Program-made: the position numbers and the translations under genes
The notes under the pieces: generated by a model
Told to the model about the DNA's origin: nothing
Database searches by the model: none
Seen by the model: only the letters and a program-made list of their open reading frames with translations
Shown: positions 44,901 to 53,478 of the stretch, piece after piece
Layout of the letters: the number at the start of each line of letters is the position of its first letter
Position numbering within the stretch: the stretch's first letter is position 1
Assembly: GCA_963718855.1 (NCBI GenBank)
Contig: CAVRAA010000006.1
Coordinates: forward strand, 83,583 to 147,582
Reading direction: 5' to 3'
From: an uncultured Nitrospiraceae bacterium
GTDB lineage: Bacteria > Nitrospirota > Thermodesulfovibrionia > Thermodesulfovibrionales > SM23-35
DNA length: 64,000 nt

Positions 44901-46466
44901 TTAGTCGATATAACGTCCTTTCTCGCGGTTTGTTGGAATGCCGAGTTTTTCCATTTTGGCATACAGAGTAGAAGGTTTCAGCCCCAGCAACTCCGCTGCG
45001 CCAATTCGTCCTTTAATCCGCCACCCGGTTTTTTCCAGGGCTCTTATTATGTGCTGGCGTTCGGCTTTTTCGAGTGTGACCATCTCTGTAACGCTTCCCG
45101 AAAGCCTTTGAGGCAAGTTCACCTGAAGCACATCACCGTCAGTGATGATGACTGCCTGTTCTATGACATTACGCAACTCACGGACATTTCCGGGCCATTG
45201 ATATTGTTTCAGCATTTCCATCGTACTTTCAGGCACTATGTGAATCTTGTTCCCCAATTTTCCTGAGAACTCATTGAGAAATGAATGAACCAGGAGGGGG
45301 ATGTCTTCCCGGTGCTCCCTCAGTGGGGGTACCTCAATAGGGAATACCTTAAGACGGTAATACAGATCTTCCCTGAATGTTCCCTTCTTCACCGCTTCTT
45401 CCAGATTGCGGTTTGTCGCTGCTATCACACGCACATCAATATGGATGGTTCTCGGGCTCCCGAGCCTCTCGAATGCCCCGTCCTGGAGAACACGTAGCAG
45501 CTTGGCCTGAAGTTCAAGCGGCAACTCCCCGATTTCATCGAGAAAGATAGTCGAACCGTCAGCCAGTTCAAACCGTCCGATTTGTTTGGCCAAAGCACCT
45601 GTATATGCGCCTTTTTCCCTGCCGAACAGTTCACTCTCTATGAGAGCAGACGGCAGGGAAGCACAATCAACCTTCACCAGAACACGATTGCTCCGCTTGC
45701 TGTGACAATGAATAGCACGGGCAATCAATTCTTTGCCGGTGCCGGTTTCTCCTGTTATTAAAACAGTGGATTCTGTTTGCGCAACCTTCTTTGCCTGAGC
45801 CAGAACCTTTTGAGAGCAGTCGCTTTCGCCGACTATCTCTTCATGGACACACTGAAGCTTGGCTTCATCTCTAAGGTAGATATTCTCTTTTTCGAGGCGT
45901 TCTTTGAGCTTTTCAATCTCAAGTAAGCGCTCCCGGAGTTGCCCCTCCTTATTTCTGCGCTCCAAGGCATTGATAAATATTTCACCTAAAAGCTGCAACC
46001 GCGGAACGTATTCCTCGGGCCAGGAGCGTTCTCGACGAATGGCATTGAGACAGATGAGGCATGAGACCTTCCCGGCAATGAACAGTGGAATATTCAGGAA
46101 GGACAGGATGCCCATGGCAGTTCCATTCGCCCTGTCCTGCTTTGCGCTCTCAGGCAGGTCTTTCAATCGTGAAATAGAGACTGCTTGTTTCTCCACAACG
46201 ACCTTTTCATAGAGCCATGGGTATAGCTTGGCGAGTTCAATATCTCCGGACACTCGCTCGATACCATCGGCAGAGGCCGTATGAGTAACATACACTCGTG
46301 TCCTGTCAGGAGAAACCCCTATCAGACTGCAGCGGTCAACCTGAAAAAAATCGAGCAGCTGCCCCAGCGCATTCTCAATTTCTCCATCAACGTGGTCAGC
46401 GGCCACATTTACGAAACGGGCAGAGAGGGCCGAAATGAGCTGTTCAAAACTAAGGTGCTCATTCAT
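44901..46466 (-). CDS. Sigma-54-dependent transcriptional activator with an N-terminal GAF domain (GAF, AAA+, Fis-type HTH)
   Basis: 521 aa with LITGETGTGKELIARAIH, ESELFGREKGAYTGA (a GAFTGA-loop variant), RLKVFPIEVPPLREHREDI, and the C-terminal AAELLGLKPSTLYAKMEKLGI. Confidence 0.9.
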   Translation of the reverse strand: MNEHLSFEQLISALSARFVNVAADHVDGEIENALGQLLDFFQVDRCSLIGVSPDRTRVYVTHTASADGIERVSGDIELAKLYPWLYEKVVVEKQAVSISRLKDLPESAKQDRANGTAMGILSFLNIPLFIAGKVSCLICLNAIRRERSWPEEYVPRLQLLGEIFINALERRNKEGQLRERLLEIEKLKERLEKENIYLRDEAKLQCVHEEIVGESDCSQKVLAQAKKVAQTESTVLITGETGTGKELIARAIHCHSKRSNRVLVKVDCASLPSALIESELFGREKGAYTGALAKQIGRFELADGSTIFLDEIGELPLELQAKLLRVLQDGAFERLGSPRTIHIDVRVIAATNRNLEEAVKKGTFREDLYYRLKVFPIEVPPLREHREDIPLLVHSFLNEFSGKLGNKIHIVPESTMEMLKQYQWPGNVRELRNVIEQAVIITDGDVLQVNLPQRLSGSVTEMVTLEKAERQHIIRALEKTGWRIKGRIGAAELLGLKPSTLYAKMEKLGIPTNREKGRYID

Positions 46467-46878
46467 GGATCCTTCGGGCTTGCTGCCGCATTATAGTGGG
46501 GAACTTTTTCTTCGTTACAGCCTTAGATGCAGTTTTTTTTCGCATAGTATGCTTGACTGATAACTTCTTCAGAAATAATCCCTGCTTCAGGCCTCAGCGT
46601 AAGTCTCTCTCCTCTCTAAAATGGTTAGTTGACAAATACTTTATTTAATTCTATCAATTCCCTTTAGGATTTGTAATAATCATTTTAGGTGTCTTTGAGA
46701 AAAACAGTATGCGTCTTACGGAGCGAAAGACTCACAGTAATAAGAGAGTCCTGAAAGATAACCATGCTTCCTGTTACAAAATGGCAGGAACATGATATAT
46801 TTATAAAAAGTACAATTGATAATTGCTCGGGAATCGGTCAATGCCGACAGACAGAATTTTAATAAAAGGAGAGTAATT

Positions 46879-47214
46879 ATGAAATCAGGAAGGGGTTTTT
46901 GCGTGATCGCGATTTTATTGATCGCCGCCATGGTATTTTCCTGCTTTTTGAGAAGTGCTGAAGCTCGACCACGAGGTGGCAGAGCAGTACAAGGACCGCG
47001 TAGTGGCGAAGCGGGTGATGGCCAGAAGGGAAACGTGGCGGTTGAGGGAATCCGAGGAAATGTTGCTGTGGGGACGCGATACACTGTTTTGCCTCCTTCC
47101 GCGAAAGCTGTCATTTTAGATAATCGAACTTATTACGTGGATGACACCTATGTGTATTATTTGCCTTGCGATGATGATACCACGGTATACTGTGTCGTTC
47201 TTCCCCCTGAATGA
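46879..47214 (+). CDS. Small secreted hypothetical protein (111 aa)
   Basis: RBS AAAGGAGAG. Signal peptide MKSGRGFCVIAILLIAAMVFSCFLRSAEA. The C-terminus is Tyr-rich (YYVDDTYVYYLPC). Confidence 0.5.
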   Translation: MKSGRGFCVIAILLIAAMVFSCFLRSAEARPRGGRAVQGPRSGEAGDGQKGNVAVEGIRGNVAVGTRYTVLPPSAKAVILDNRTYYVDDTYVYYLPCDDDTTVYCVVLPPE

Positions 47215-47219
47215 ATAAA

Positions 47220-47627
47220 TCAGTGCTTTTCGTATACATTTATTGTTGCATAAGCAGGTTCGCTATCCTCATCCCCGTCATTGACCACAAGTTTGATTAC
47301 ATATTTCCCTGCTGTCCAAGCATAGGCAGAAAAACTGGCATCGTCTTTTTCTGTACCCACTTGAGCCGTACTACCTTCAGGTGCGGATACCAAAGTCCAT
47401 TTATAACTAAGTCTGTCTCCATTGGGGTCCGAACTTAAGTTTCCGTTTAAATATACTGATTGGCCACGCTCTATGTTTAAGGTTCCGTCTATGACAGCAA
47501 TAGGTTTGTCATTCTCTGCCGCTGCATTTTCGGGGGTCATAAACAAGCCTGCAAGTATGAAAATCATCATAAAACAAAAGAAAGTAATTATCGTAAATTT
47601 ATTTTGCAGCGCATCATGTTTCATCAT
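47220..47627 (-). CDS. Secreted single PKD-domain protein
   Basis: N-terminal TM or signal region. PIAVIDGTLNIERGQSVYLNGNLSSDPNGDRLSYKWTL...YVIKLVVNDGDEDSEPA follows the PKD pattern. Confidence 0.65.
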   Translation of the reverse strand: MMKHDALQNKFTIITFFCFMMIFILAGLFMTPENAAAENDKPIAVIDGTLNIERGQSVYLNGNLSSDPNGDRLSYKWTLVSAPEGSTAQVGTEKDDASFSAYAWTAGKYVIKLVVNDGDEDSEPAYATINVYEKH

Positions 47628-47686
47628 TTTCAACTCCTTTTTAAAGTCGTTGTTTTAAACTACTTGAATTAATCAACAGAATTCCT

Positions 47687-47816
47687 CGAAGCTTTGCTTC
47701 GGGGTAAATATATTCCTTATTCTGTCATTCCCGCTTGTCGGGAATCCCTCTGGAGGAATGCGTTAAACACGAAACTACAGTAAAGCAAAGAAAGATTCCG
47801 GACAAGCCGGAATGAC
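47687..47816. repeat. MITE-like palindromic element, GTCATTCCCGCTTGTCGGGAATC family (copy 2)
   Basis: The leader hairpin is cgaagctttgcttcg. The left arm gtcattcccgcttgtcgggaatc (47724-) faces the right arm gattccggacaagccggaatgac (-47816). Confidence 0.7.
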
Positions 47817-47841
47817 ATCATTGATACCCCGTCTCTGCTTT

Positions 47842-48255
47842 CTATTTCTTGCTTACATCCTTGATCGCCTGCTTGCAGCGGGTGCTGACTTTTTCCATAT
47901 TTTTGTCGATACAATTGATAAGCCGTCCTTCACCGGGCTTGATATTCGAACAGTATGTCTTCAGGTCGTCCTTGCATTCATTCGCCAGAAACGTTAAAGC
48001 AGCAATCGCACGCTCCAGCTGGGCTGCTGCATCATACAGTGCATACTCACAGCGGTTCGAGAGTTTATCTTCATACGCGAAGAGGCATGCGAGAACACGT
48101 CCCTCGCCGGGAGTAACCCCTTTGCAGTACGTAGCAATCTCTTTACTGCAGCCATCAGCAACAATCTCGACCGGCCCCATCTCTTCGGTAAGTCCCAGAC
48201 CGCCGAGAAGCATGACTAAACATAAACTCATACTCACAATCACCATCTTTTTCAT
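47842..48255 (-). CDS. Secreted cysteine-rich repeat protein
   Basis: Start MKKMVIVSMSLCLVMLLGG has RBS AAGGAGGA. There are two repeats of C-x3-(A/K)-x-YC-x4-PGEGR-(V/L)-(L/I)-x-C(L/I). Confidence 0.6.
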   Translation of the reverse strand: MKKMVIVSMSLCLVMLLGGLGLTEEMGPVEIVADGCSKEIATYCKGVTPGEGRVLACLFAYEDKLSNRCEYALYDAAAQLERAIAALTFLANECKDDLKTYCSNIKPGEGRLINCIDKNMEKVSTRCKQAIKDVSKK

Positions 48256-48289
48256 CTTTTTTTCCTCCTTTGAATTGATTTTGTGATTC

Positions 48290-48530
48290 TTACTTTTCAT
48301 CCATCTTGATCACCAACGGTCCCTTTACCGCATCCATTATATACGATGCGGGTAGGCCGTTTCCAAGCAATTGAGTCATGGCGCGCAGGTATTTCCTGAT
48401 ATGGAGAAAGAATTTCTTATATCCTTCGCAGAGATAATGGAGTTCTGGTGCCTTATAGTGCGTCATGGAAAAACGATGCTTGGGACACCCTCCCTCACAG
48501 GCAGCCAGCAACCCGCACTCCCTGCACCAT
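48290..48530 (-). pseudogene. 3-prime remnant of a second anaerobic sulfatase-maturase gene
   Basis: It encodes ...CRECGLLAACEGGCPKHRFSMTHYKAPELHYLCEGYKKFFLHIRKYLRAMTQLLGNGLPASYIMDAVKGPLVIKMDEK. This parallels the last ~80 aa of the intact gene at 49638..50930. DNA similarity stops at ~48530. Confidence 0.75.
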
Positions 48531-48638
48531 GCTTGTCTGCTACTTTTCAGGGTATCACATGCACTTACAACTGTGTGGTTTTGACAAAGCAAAACAGTGT
48601 TGTTTACCGTTAAAATTAAACGGGTTAGAAAAAATAAG

Positions 48639-49406
48639 CTACTGATTGAGATGTGCATAAGCGTAACGCAAAGGATCTGCGGAGACCTTGAGCAAACCTC
48701 CGAACGGCGCATCCATTTCCAATACGAGAAATACAGCGCTACTAGCAGATAATGCGCAAACGAAGAGGACCATGAGGACAGTGGTGTTCCGCGGAGCAAA
48801 TAATCCAAAGCTCACAAATATGATCGTAAGCCAGAACAGGAGAATCATAAGGAATGGGATTGGGACTGAAGTCTCGGTGTTGGTGATTACTATCCACCTG
48901 GTTTGCAATAGCGATTCGGTAAGGTCCAGCGCATGGGACTGGAGCGTCCGATGGGAGTCGTCGAGTGGCTTCAGAGCGCGGATTGCTTCCGCTAGCTTTT
49001 CAACTCCCGATCCTGCTCCCGAGCCCATCGGATCCAGCTGGGCGGCCTTGGATGAGTCCTGCGGCCAAATCATATCGATCCTTACCCCAACCGCGTGCTT
49101 CAAGCCTTTACGAATCTCGCCGGTTTCGGACCCGTAGCGAGCAAGTACGCGGTCGAGAGCGAGGACTTGCATGGCGGTTTGTTTCACCGATGTATCCACA
49201 GCATCAAAGGAACTCTTGGCGGAGGCAGTGATGAGGCCAAGAACAAGCGCAGTCATCGTGGCGACGAGCCCGATACCAATTTTCACTGTGTCTTTCGACT
49301 CGGGGTCGAAGTGATGTTCTGGTAAGACAGCACGCAACCATATTCCGAGCAGTGCGCCACCGAACGTACATGCGAAAACGATTATGCCAACAACAGTAGG
49401 ATTCAT
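48639..49406 (-). CDS. Membrane protein (DUF4239-like, from memory)
   Basis: 255 aa with one N-terminal and two C-terminal TM helices, and RBS GGAGGTGG. Confidence 0.5.
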   Translation of the reverse strand: MNPTVVGIIVFACTFGGALLGIWLRAVLPEHHFDPESKDTVKIGIGLVATMTALVLGLITASAKSSFDAVDTSVKQTAMQVLALDRVLARYGSETGEIRKGLKHAVGVRIDMIWPQDSSKAAQLDPMGSGAGSGVEKLAEAIRALKPLDDSHRTLQSHALDLTESLLQTRWIVITNTETSVPIPFLMILLFWLTIIFVSFGLFAPRNTTVLMVLFVCALSASSAVFLVLEMDAPFGGLLKVSADPLRYAYAHLNQ

Positions 49407-49495
49407 AGTACCACCTCCGAAATTTGCGGCTCTATTGTTAATTTATATTAGAACTGAAACCATTGCTGTCTAATAGTTCATTCCAATTTTCAATA

Positions 49496-49620
49496 CCCCA
49501 CAGTATCTGCTGTGGGGTTTCCTCTAACCCCACTTTGGGAAAGGGGGGCAAGGGGGGATTTTTAAAATTATAAATCTACCTATAGATACCCCTAGATACC
49601 CCGCTGTCTCTGCGGCGGGG
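49496..49620. repeat. Composite intergenic repeat with GGGG/CCCC-clamped hairpins
   Basis: ccccacag-tatctg-ctgtgggg (49496-49517), gggaaaggggggcaaggggggatttt, and ccccgctgtctctgcggcgggg (49599-49620). It is related to 30168-30338. Confidence 0.5.
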
Positions 49621-49637
49621 AGTCTTCATTTCCCCGC

Positions 49638-50930
49638 CTATTTCATGCTGTCCAGCTTTATGACCAGCGGGCCCTTTACAGCATCCATGATGTATGATGC
49701 AGGAAGGCCGTTTTCGAGTAATTGAGTCATAGCCTGAAGGTATTTCCTGATATGAAAAAAGAATTTTTTATATCCTTCACAGAGGTAATGGAGTCCTGGT
49801 TCCTTATAGTGCGTCATGGAAAAACGATGCTTGGGACACCCTCCCTGACAGGCAGCCAGCACCCCGCACTCCCTGCACCAGCGCGGCATGGCTGTTTCCT
49901 TGGAGATGCCGAAGCCCGATTGCAGAGATTGCTCAACCATCCCTGATAGCGTGTCGGTTCTGATATTGCCGAGCCTGTAATCCGGGTATACGCAGTGGTC
50001 GCAGGCATAGACATCTCCGTTGTGTTCGATCGCGACTGAACGACCGCATTGTTTCGCATGGATGCAAACAGGCGAAGGGTTACCGATCCAGGCATTCAAT
50101 GCCCACTCGAAGTTCGTTACGAAGATATTGCCGACATCATTGCGCACCCATTCTTCATAAACGGCGATCAGGAAATCGCCGTATTCCTCCGGGATGACAG
50201 TCCACGGAGTGACTCCGGTCTGCTCATCCCCTGTACTCAAAGAAGCGGGGCCGGCGAGACGAAGGCCTATCTGTCTGCTTGATGAATCGGGCATGCGTTC
50301 CACTACCGGCGAAAACTGGATGAACTCGACCCCTTCATCTTTAAAAAAACGGTATACCTCAAGCGGACGTTGTGCGGTTTCACGGGCGACACAGGCAAGC
50401 ACATTGTATTCAACACTATGTTTTTGCAGAAGCCTCAGTCCCTGCATACCCCTGTCAAAAGTCCCTTTGCCCTTGCGGTCTCGGCGATAACGGTCATGAA
50501 CTTCTTTTGGCCCGTCAATACTGATACCAACCATAAAATTATGCTTCTTAAGGAAGGCACACCATTCATCGTTGAGCAGTGTTCCGTTGGTCTGGACTGA
50601 ATTGGTGATAATCTTTGTCCCTGAAAACTGCTTCTGGAGTTCAATTACCTTCTTGTAAAAATTAATCCCTAATAATGTCGGTTCTCCGCCCTGCCACACG
50701 AATTCAACGATCGGGGTGGGTTGTGACGTGATGTAGTTGGTAATAAAAGCGGAAAGTACATCATCGGTCATTCGGTACTGTTCGTTAGGACCGAAGAGCT
50801 TCTGCTTCTCAAGATAAAAGCAATACTCGCAATTGAGATTGCAGACAGGCCCGATGGGCTTGGCTACTACGTGGATGCCGTGGCCGGTGCCTTTATTTCG
50901 TGTATTTGTATTTTCTGTTTGACCAGTCAC
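49638..50930 (-). CDS. Anaerobic sulfatase-maturating enzyme (radical SAM/SPASM)
   Basis: 430 aa with a GTG start, CNLNCEYCFY (Cx3Cx2C), and C-terminal SPASM cysteines CIHAKQC...CDHC...CRECGVLAACQGGC. Confidence 0.9.
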   Translation of the reverse strand: MTGQTENTNTRNKGTGHGIHVVAKPIGPVCNLNCEYCFYLEKQKLFGPNEQYRMTDDVLSAFITNYITSQPTPIVEFVWQGGEPTLLGINFYKKVIELQKQFSGTKIITNSVQTNGTLLNDEWCAFLKKHNFMVGISIDGPKEVHDRYRRDRKGKGTFDRGMQGLRLLQKHSVEYNVLACVARETAQRPLEVYRFFKDEGVEFIQFSPVVERMPDSSSRQIGLRLAGPASLSTGDEQTGVTPWTVIPEEYGDFLIAVYEEWVRNDVGNIFVTNFEWALNAWIGNPSPVCIHAKQCGRSVAIEHNGDVYACDHCVYPDYRLGNIRTDTLSGMVEQSLQSGFGISKETAMPRWCRECGVLAACQGGCPKHRFSMTHYKEPGLHYLCEGYKKFFFHIRKYLQAMTQLLENGLPASYIMDAVKGPLVIKLDSMK

Positions 50931-51034
50931 TTTACAGAACCAATCTAAAAGTCAGGAAGAAAAGGCTGCCGGCCTCTTCTTCCTGACGAGTGTCTACTGT
51001 TTAGTCAGACATTGCCTTCTTGTGAGCGGCTTCC

Positions 51035-53425
51035 TTATGGCCCTTCTCGACCTGCTGCCTTTTCCGGAGCAATCATCGGCTTGACCTCGACCATTACCTT
51101 TTTGATATGGCCCGTAAAGCGCGACTTCGCTTCCGACCCGATCTCCTCGACGACCGGCGTGCCGAGGTCGATGCCCACATCGGCCGTCTCGTCAGCCGAG
51201 AACATCCCAGCCTGGGTATGCTCGATTCGTCCTTCGGCGACCTTCTCATCATTAACGAAGAGGGTGCCGGTGCCTCCCTTGCCGGGTCCGCCGCCGTCAT
51301 AGGCAAAGTCGAACTTGATCGTTGCCTTGCCGGGGGCAAGCGGCTTGGTGGAAGCGACCGAGAAGCGCATCAGGCCCAGGAAATTGTAGTCGTAGGCGGG
51401 GATGTTGTCCTTCACATACAACGACCAGCCGCCGAAGCGGCCGCCCTGCGCGATGATGGTGCCGTTGGCGCGGCTTGCAGGCACCTCGATTTCGGCGGTG
51501 ATTGTCTTGGACTTGTTCTTTACGTTGATGAAGACGTTTTCCATCATCCCGGTCATTCCCTCGGCCAGCGTCAGGGAGGTCCGGCCGGCCATCAGGTCGG
51601 GGCGATTCACCATCGCGGCGCTCATACGCTCAAGCACGCGATCATCGATGGGCAGCACATGATGCTGCTCGGCTTCTTTCATGAAGAGTTCCTGCATCTC
51701 TGCCAGCTTCTTCGGATTCTTTGCGGCAAGGTCGTTGGACAGGCTGAAATCAGAGCGCACGTCATAAAGCTCCCACACATCCTTATCCAGGGTCGTACGC
51801 GGCTTGTACTCCCACGGTGCCCTGTGGATGATGCGGGCAATCCAGCCGTCGTGGTAGATGGCACGGTTGCCGGCGATCTCAAAATACTGCGTGTTGTGAC
51901 GTTCCTTTGCCCTGGCGTCATCAAAGGTGTAGGCCATGCTTACGCCTTCCATCGGGACCTGTGGCGTACCGTTGACCACCTTCGGCTCTGGCAGCTTGGC
52001 GGTCTCCAGGATGGTCGGTGCAACGTCTATCACGTGCGTGAACTGGCTGCGCATCTCGTTCTTTGCCTTAATCCCCATGGGCCAGTGGATGACCATCCCG
52101 TTACGGGTGCCGCCGAAGTCCGAGGCGACCTGCTTGGTCCAGGTGAACGGCGAGTCCATGGCAACAGCCCAGCCGGAGGCATAGTGCGGGTAGGTCTCGG
52201 GTCCGCCCCACTTGTCCGCCACCTTCAGCATGTCTGTCACCTTTTCAGGCACGCCGTTGAAGTAGGTGTACTCGTTGAACATGCCGTTCTCGCCACCTTC
52301 GGCGCTGGCGCCGTTGTCTCCGGCGATGTAGAAAACGAGCGTGTTGTCGGCCTGGCCGGTCGCCGCTACCGCTTCGAGCATCCGGCCGATCTCGCTGTCC
52401 GTGTACTCAAGATAGGCGGCGAACACTTCCATCTGACGGGCATACAGTCGCTTCTCGTCGGCAGAAAGCTTATCCCAGTCCCTGATCGCTGCCGGCTTCG
52501 GAGCCAGCTTGGTGTCTGGAGGGATGATCCCGGCCTTGAGCTGCCGTGCAAAGGTCTCCTCGCGCATCTTGTCCCAGCCTCCGTCAAACTTGCCTTTCCA
52601 CTTTGCGATCCACTCCTGGGGCACATGGTGTGGCGCGTGCGTGGCCCCCGGCGCGAAGTAGACGAAGAACGGCTTGTCAGGCGTCATGGCCTTCTGGTAC
52701 TTTATCCAGGCCACCGCCTTATCGGTCATGTCGGTCATGAAATGGTAGTTCGGATCGTTCGGCAATTCGACCTGCGTCACCCCATCAAACAGGTACGGCG
52801 CCCACTGGTTCGTCTCGCCGCCGATGAATCCGTAGAACTTGTCGAAACCCTGGTGAGTGGGCCAGCGGTCAAAGGGGCCGGAGACGCTGGTTTCCCATGC
52901 CGCAGTCTCATGCCATTTGCCGAAGGCCGCGGTGCTGTAGCCGTTCAGTCGCAGCATTTCCGCCACCGGCGCAGTCGCGTTGGGGATCTGGCCAGTTGCG
53001 CCCGGGAAGCCGGTCCCCATCTCGGTGATGAATCCCATGTTCACGGTGTGATGATTGCGGCCGGACTTGAGTGCAGCGCGCGTCGGCGATGAAAGTGCGG
53101 TGGTATGAAAATTGGTGTATCGCAGTCCATTCTTGGCCAGACGCTCAAGCGTCGGTGTGGGGATCGGGCCGCCATACGTTCCGGTTGCCCCGAAGCCCAG
53201 ATCGTCGATCAGGATGATGACCACGTTCGGCGCTCCAGCGGGCGCTTTGACCTCGAAGAGCGGCGGCATCTTCGCGTTCCGCGCATCCAATTCCTTGTAC
53301 ACAGGCCGCTTCGGCTCCTGGATCGGCAGCGTTGTGCGGTCCGGAACGGTCTGCGCTGCAGCAGTTGCAGCATACGCCGTACCCAGCGCAAGGCTGATAA
53401 CGCTATGAACAGTTGTTCTCTTCAT
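51035..53425 (-). CDS. Large Ser-type arylsulfatase with a signal peptide
   Basis: Start MKRTTVHSVISLALGTAYAATAAAQ at 53425 has RBS GGAGGAAG. Sulfatase motifs are VIILIDDLGFG and TTALSSPTRAALKSGRNHH, where S-x-P-x-R gives a serine-type FGly site. The gene is much more GC-rich than its neighbours. Confidence 0.85.
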   Translation of the reverse strand: MKRTTVHSVISLALGTAYAATAAAQTVPDRTTLPIQEPKRPVYKELDARNAKMPPLFEVKAPAGAPNVVIILIDDLGFGATGTYGGPIPTPTLERLAKNGLRYTNFHTTALSSPTRAALKSGRNHHTVNMGFITEMGTGFPGATGQIPNATAPVAEMLRLNGYSTAAFGKWHETAAWETSVSGPFDRWPTHQGFDKFYGFIGGETNQWAPYLFDGVTQVELPNDPNYHFMTDMTDKAVAWIKYQKAMTPDKPFFVYFAPGATHAPHHVPQEWIAKWKGKFDGGWDKMREETFARQLKAGIIPPDTKLAPKPAAIRDWDKLSADEKRLYARQMEVFAAYLEYTDSEIGRMLEAVAATGQADNTLVFYIAGDNGASAEGGENGMFNEYTYFNGVPEKVTDMLKVADKWGGPETYPHYASGWAVAMDSPFTWTKQVASDFGGTRNGMVIHWPMGIKAKNEMRSQFTHVIDVAPTILETAKLPEPKVVNGTPQVPMEGVSMAYTFDDARAKERHNTQYFEIAGNRAIYHDGWIARIIHRAPWEYKPRTTLDKDVWELYDVRSDFSLSNDLAAKNPKKLAEMQELFMKEAEQHHVLPIDDRVLERMSAAMVNRPDLMAGRTSLTLAEGMTGMMENVFINVKNKSKTITAEIEVPASRANGTIIAQGGRFGGWSLYVKDNIPAYDYNFLGLMRFSVASTKPLAPGKATIKFDFAYDGGGPGKGGTGTLFVNDEKVAEGRIEHTQAGMFSADETADVGIDLGTPVVEEIGSEAKSRFTGHIKKVMVEVKPMIAPEKAAGREGP

Positions 53426-53478
53426 GTTCTTCCTCCAATTCTTTCGGGGTTGACCACAATCCGTCTTTCCCCCAATCA

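Noticed and set aside
48531-48808. Upstream two thirds of the 172-aa ORF 48290..48808 as part of an intact protein
   Set aside because: Similarity to the sulfatase maturase stops at ~48530. The remainder overlaps the DUF4239-like gene out of frame.
51107-53092. 661-aa plus-strand ORF
   Set aside because: It is antisense to the sulfatase gene. Such a long open frame is expected from the high local GC. It has Arg/Gly/Val-rich nonsense composition and no motifs.
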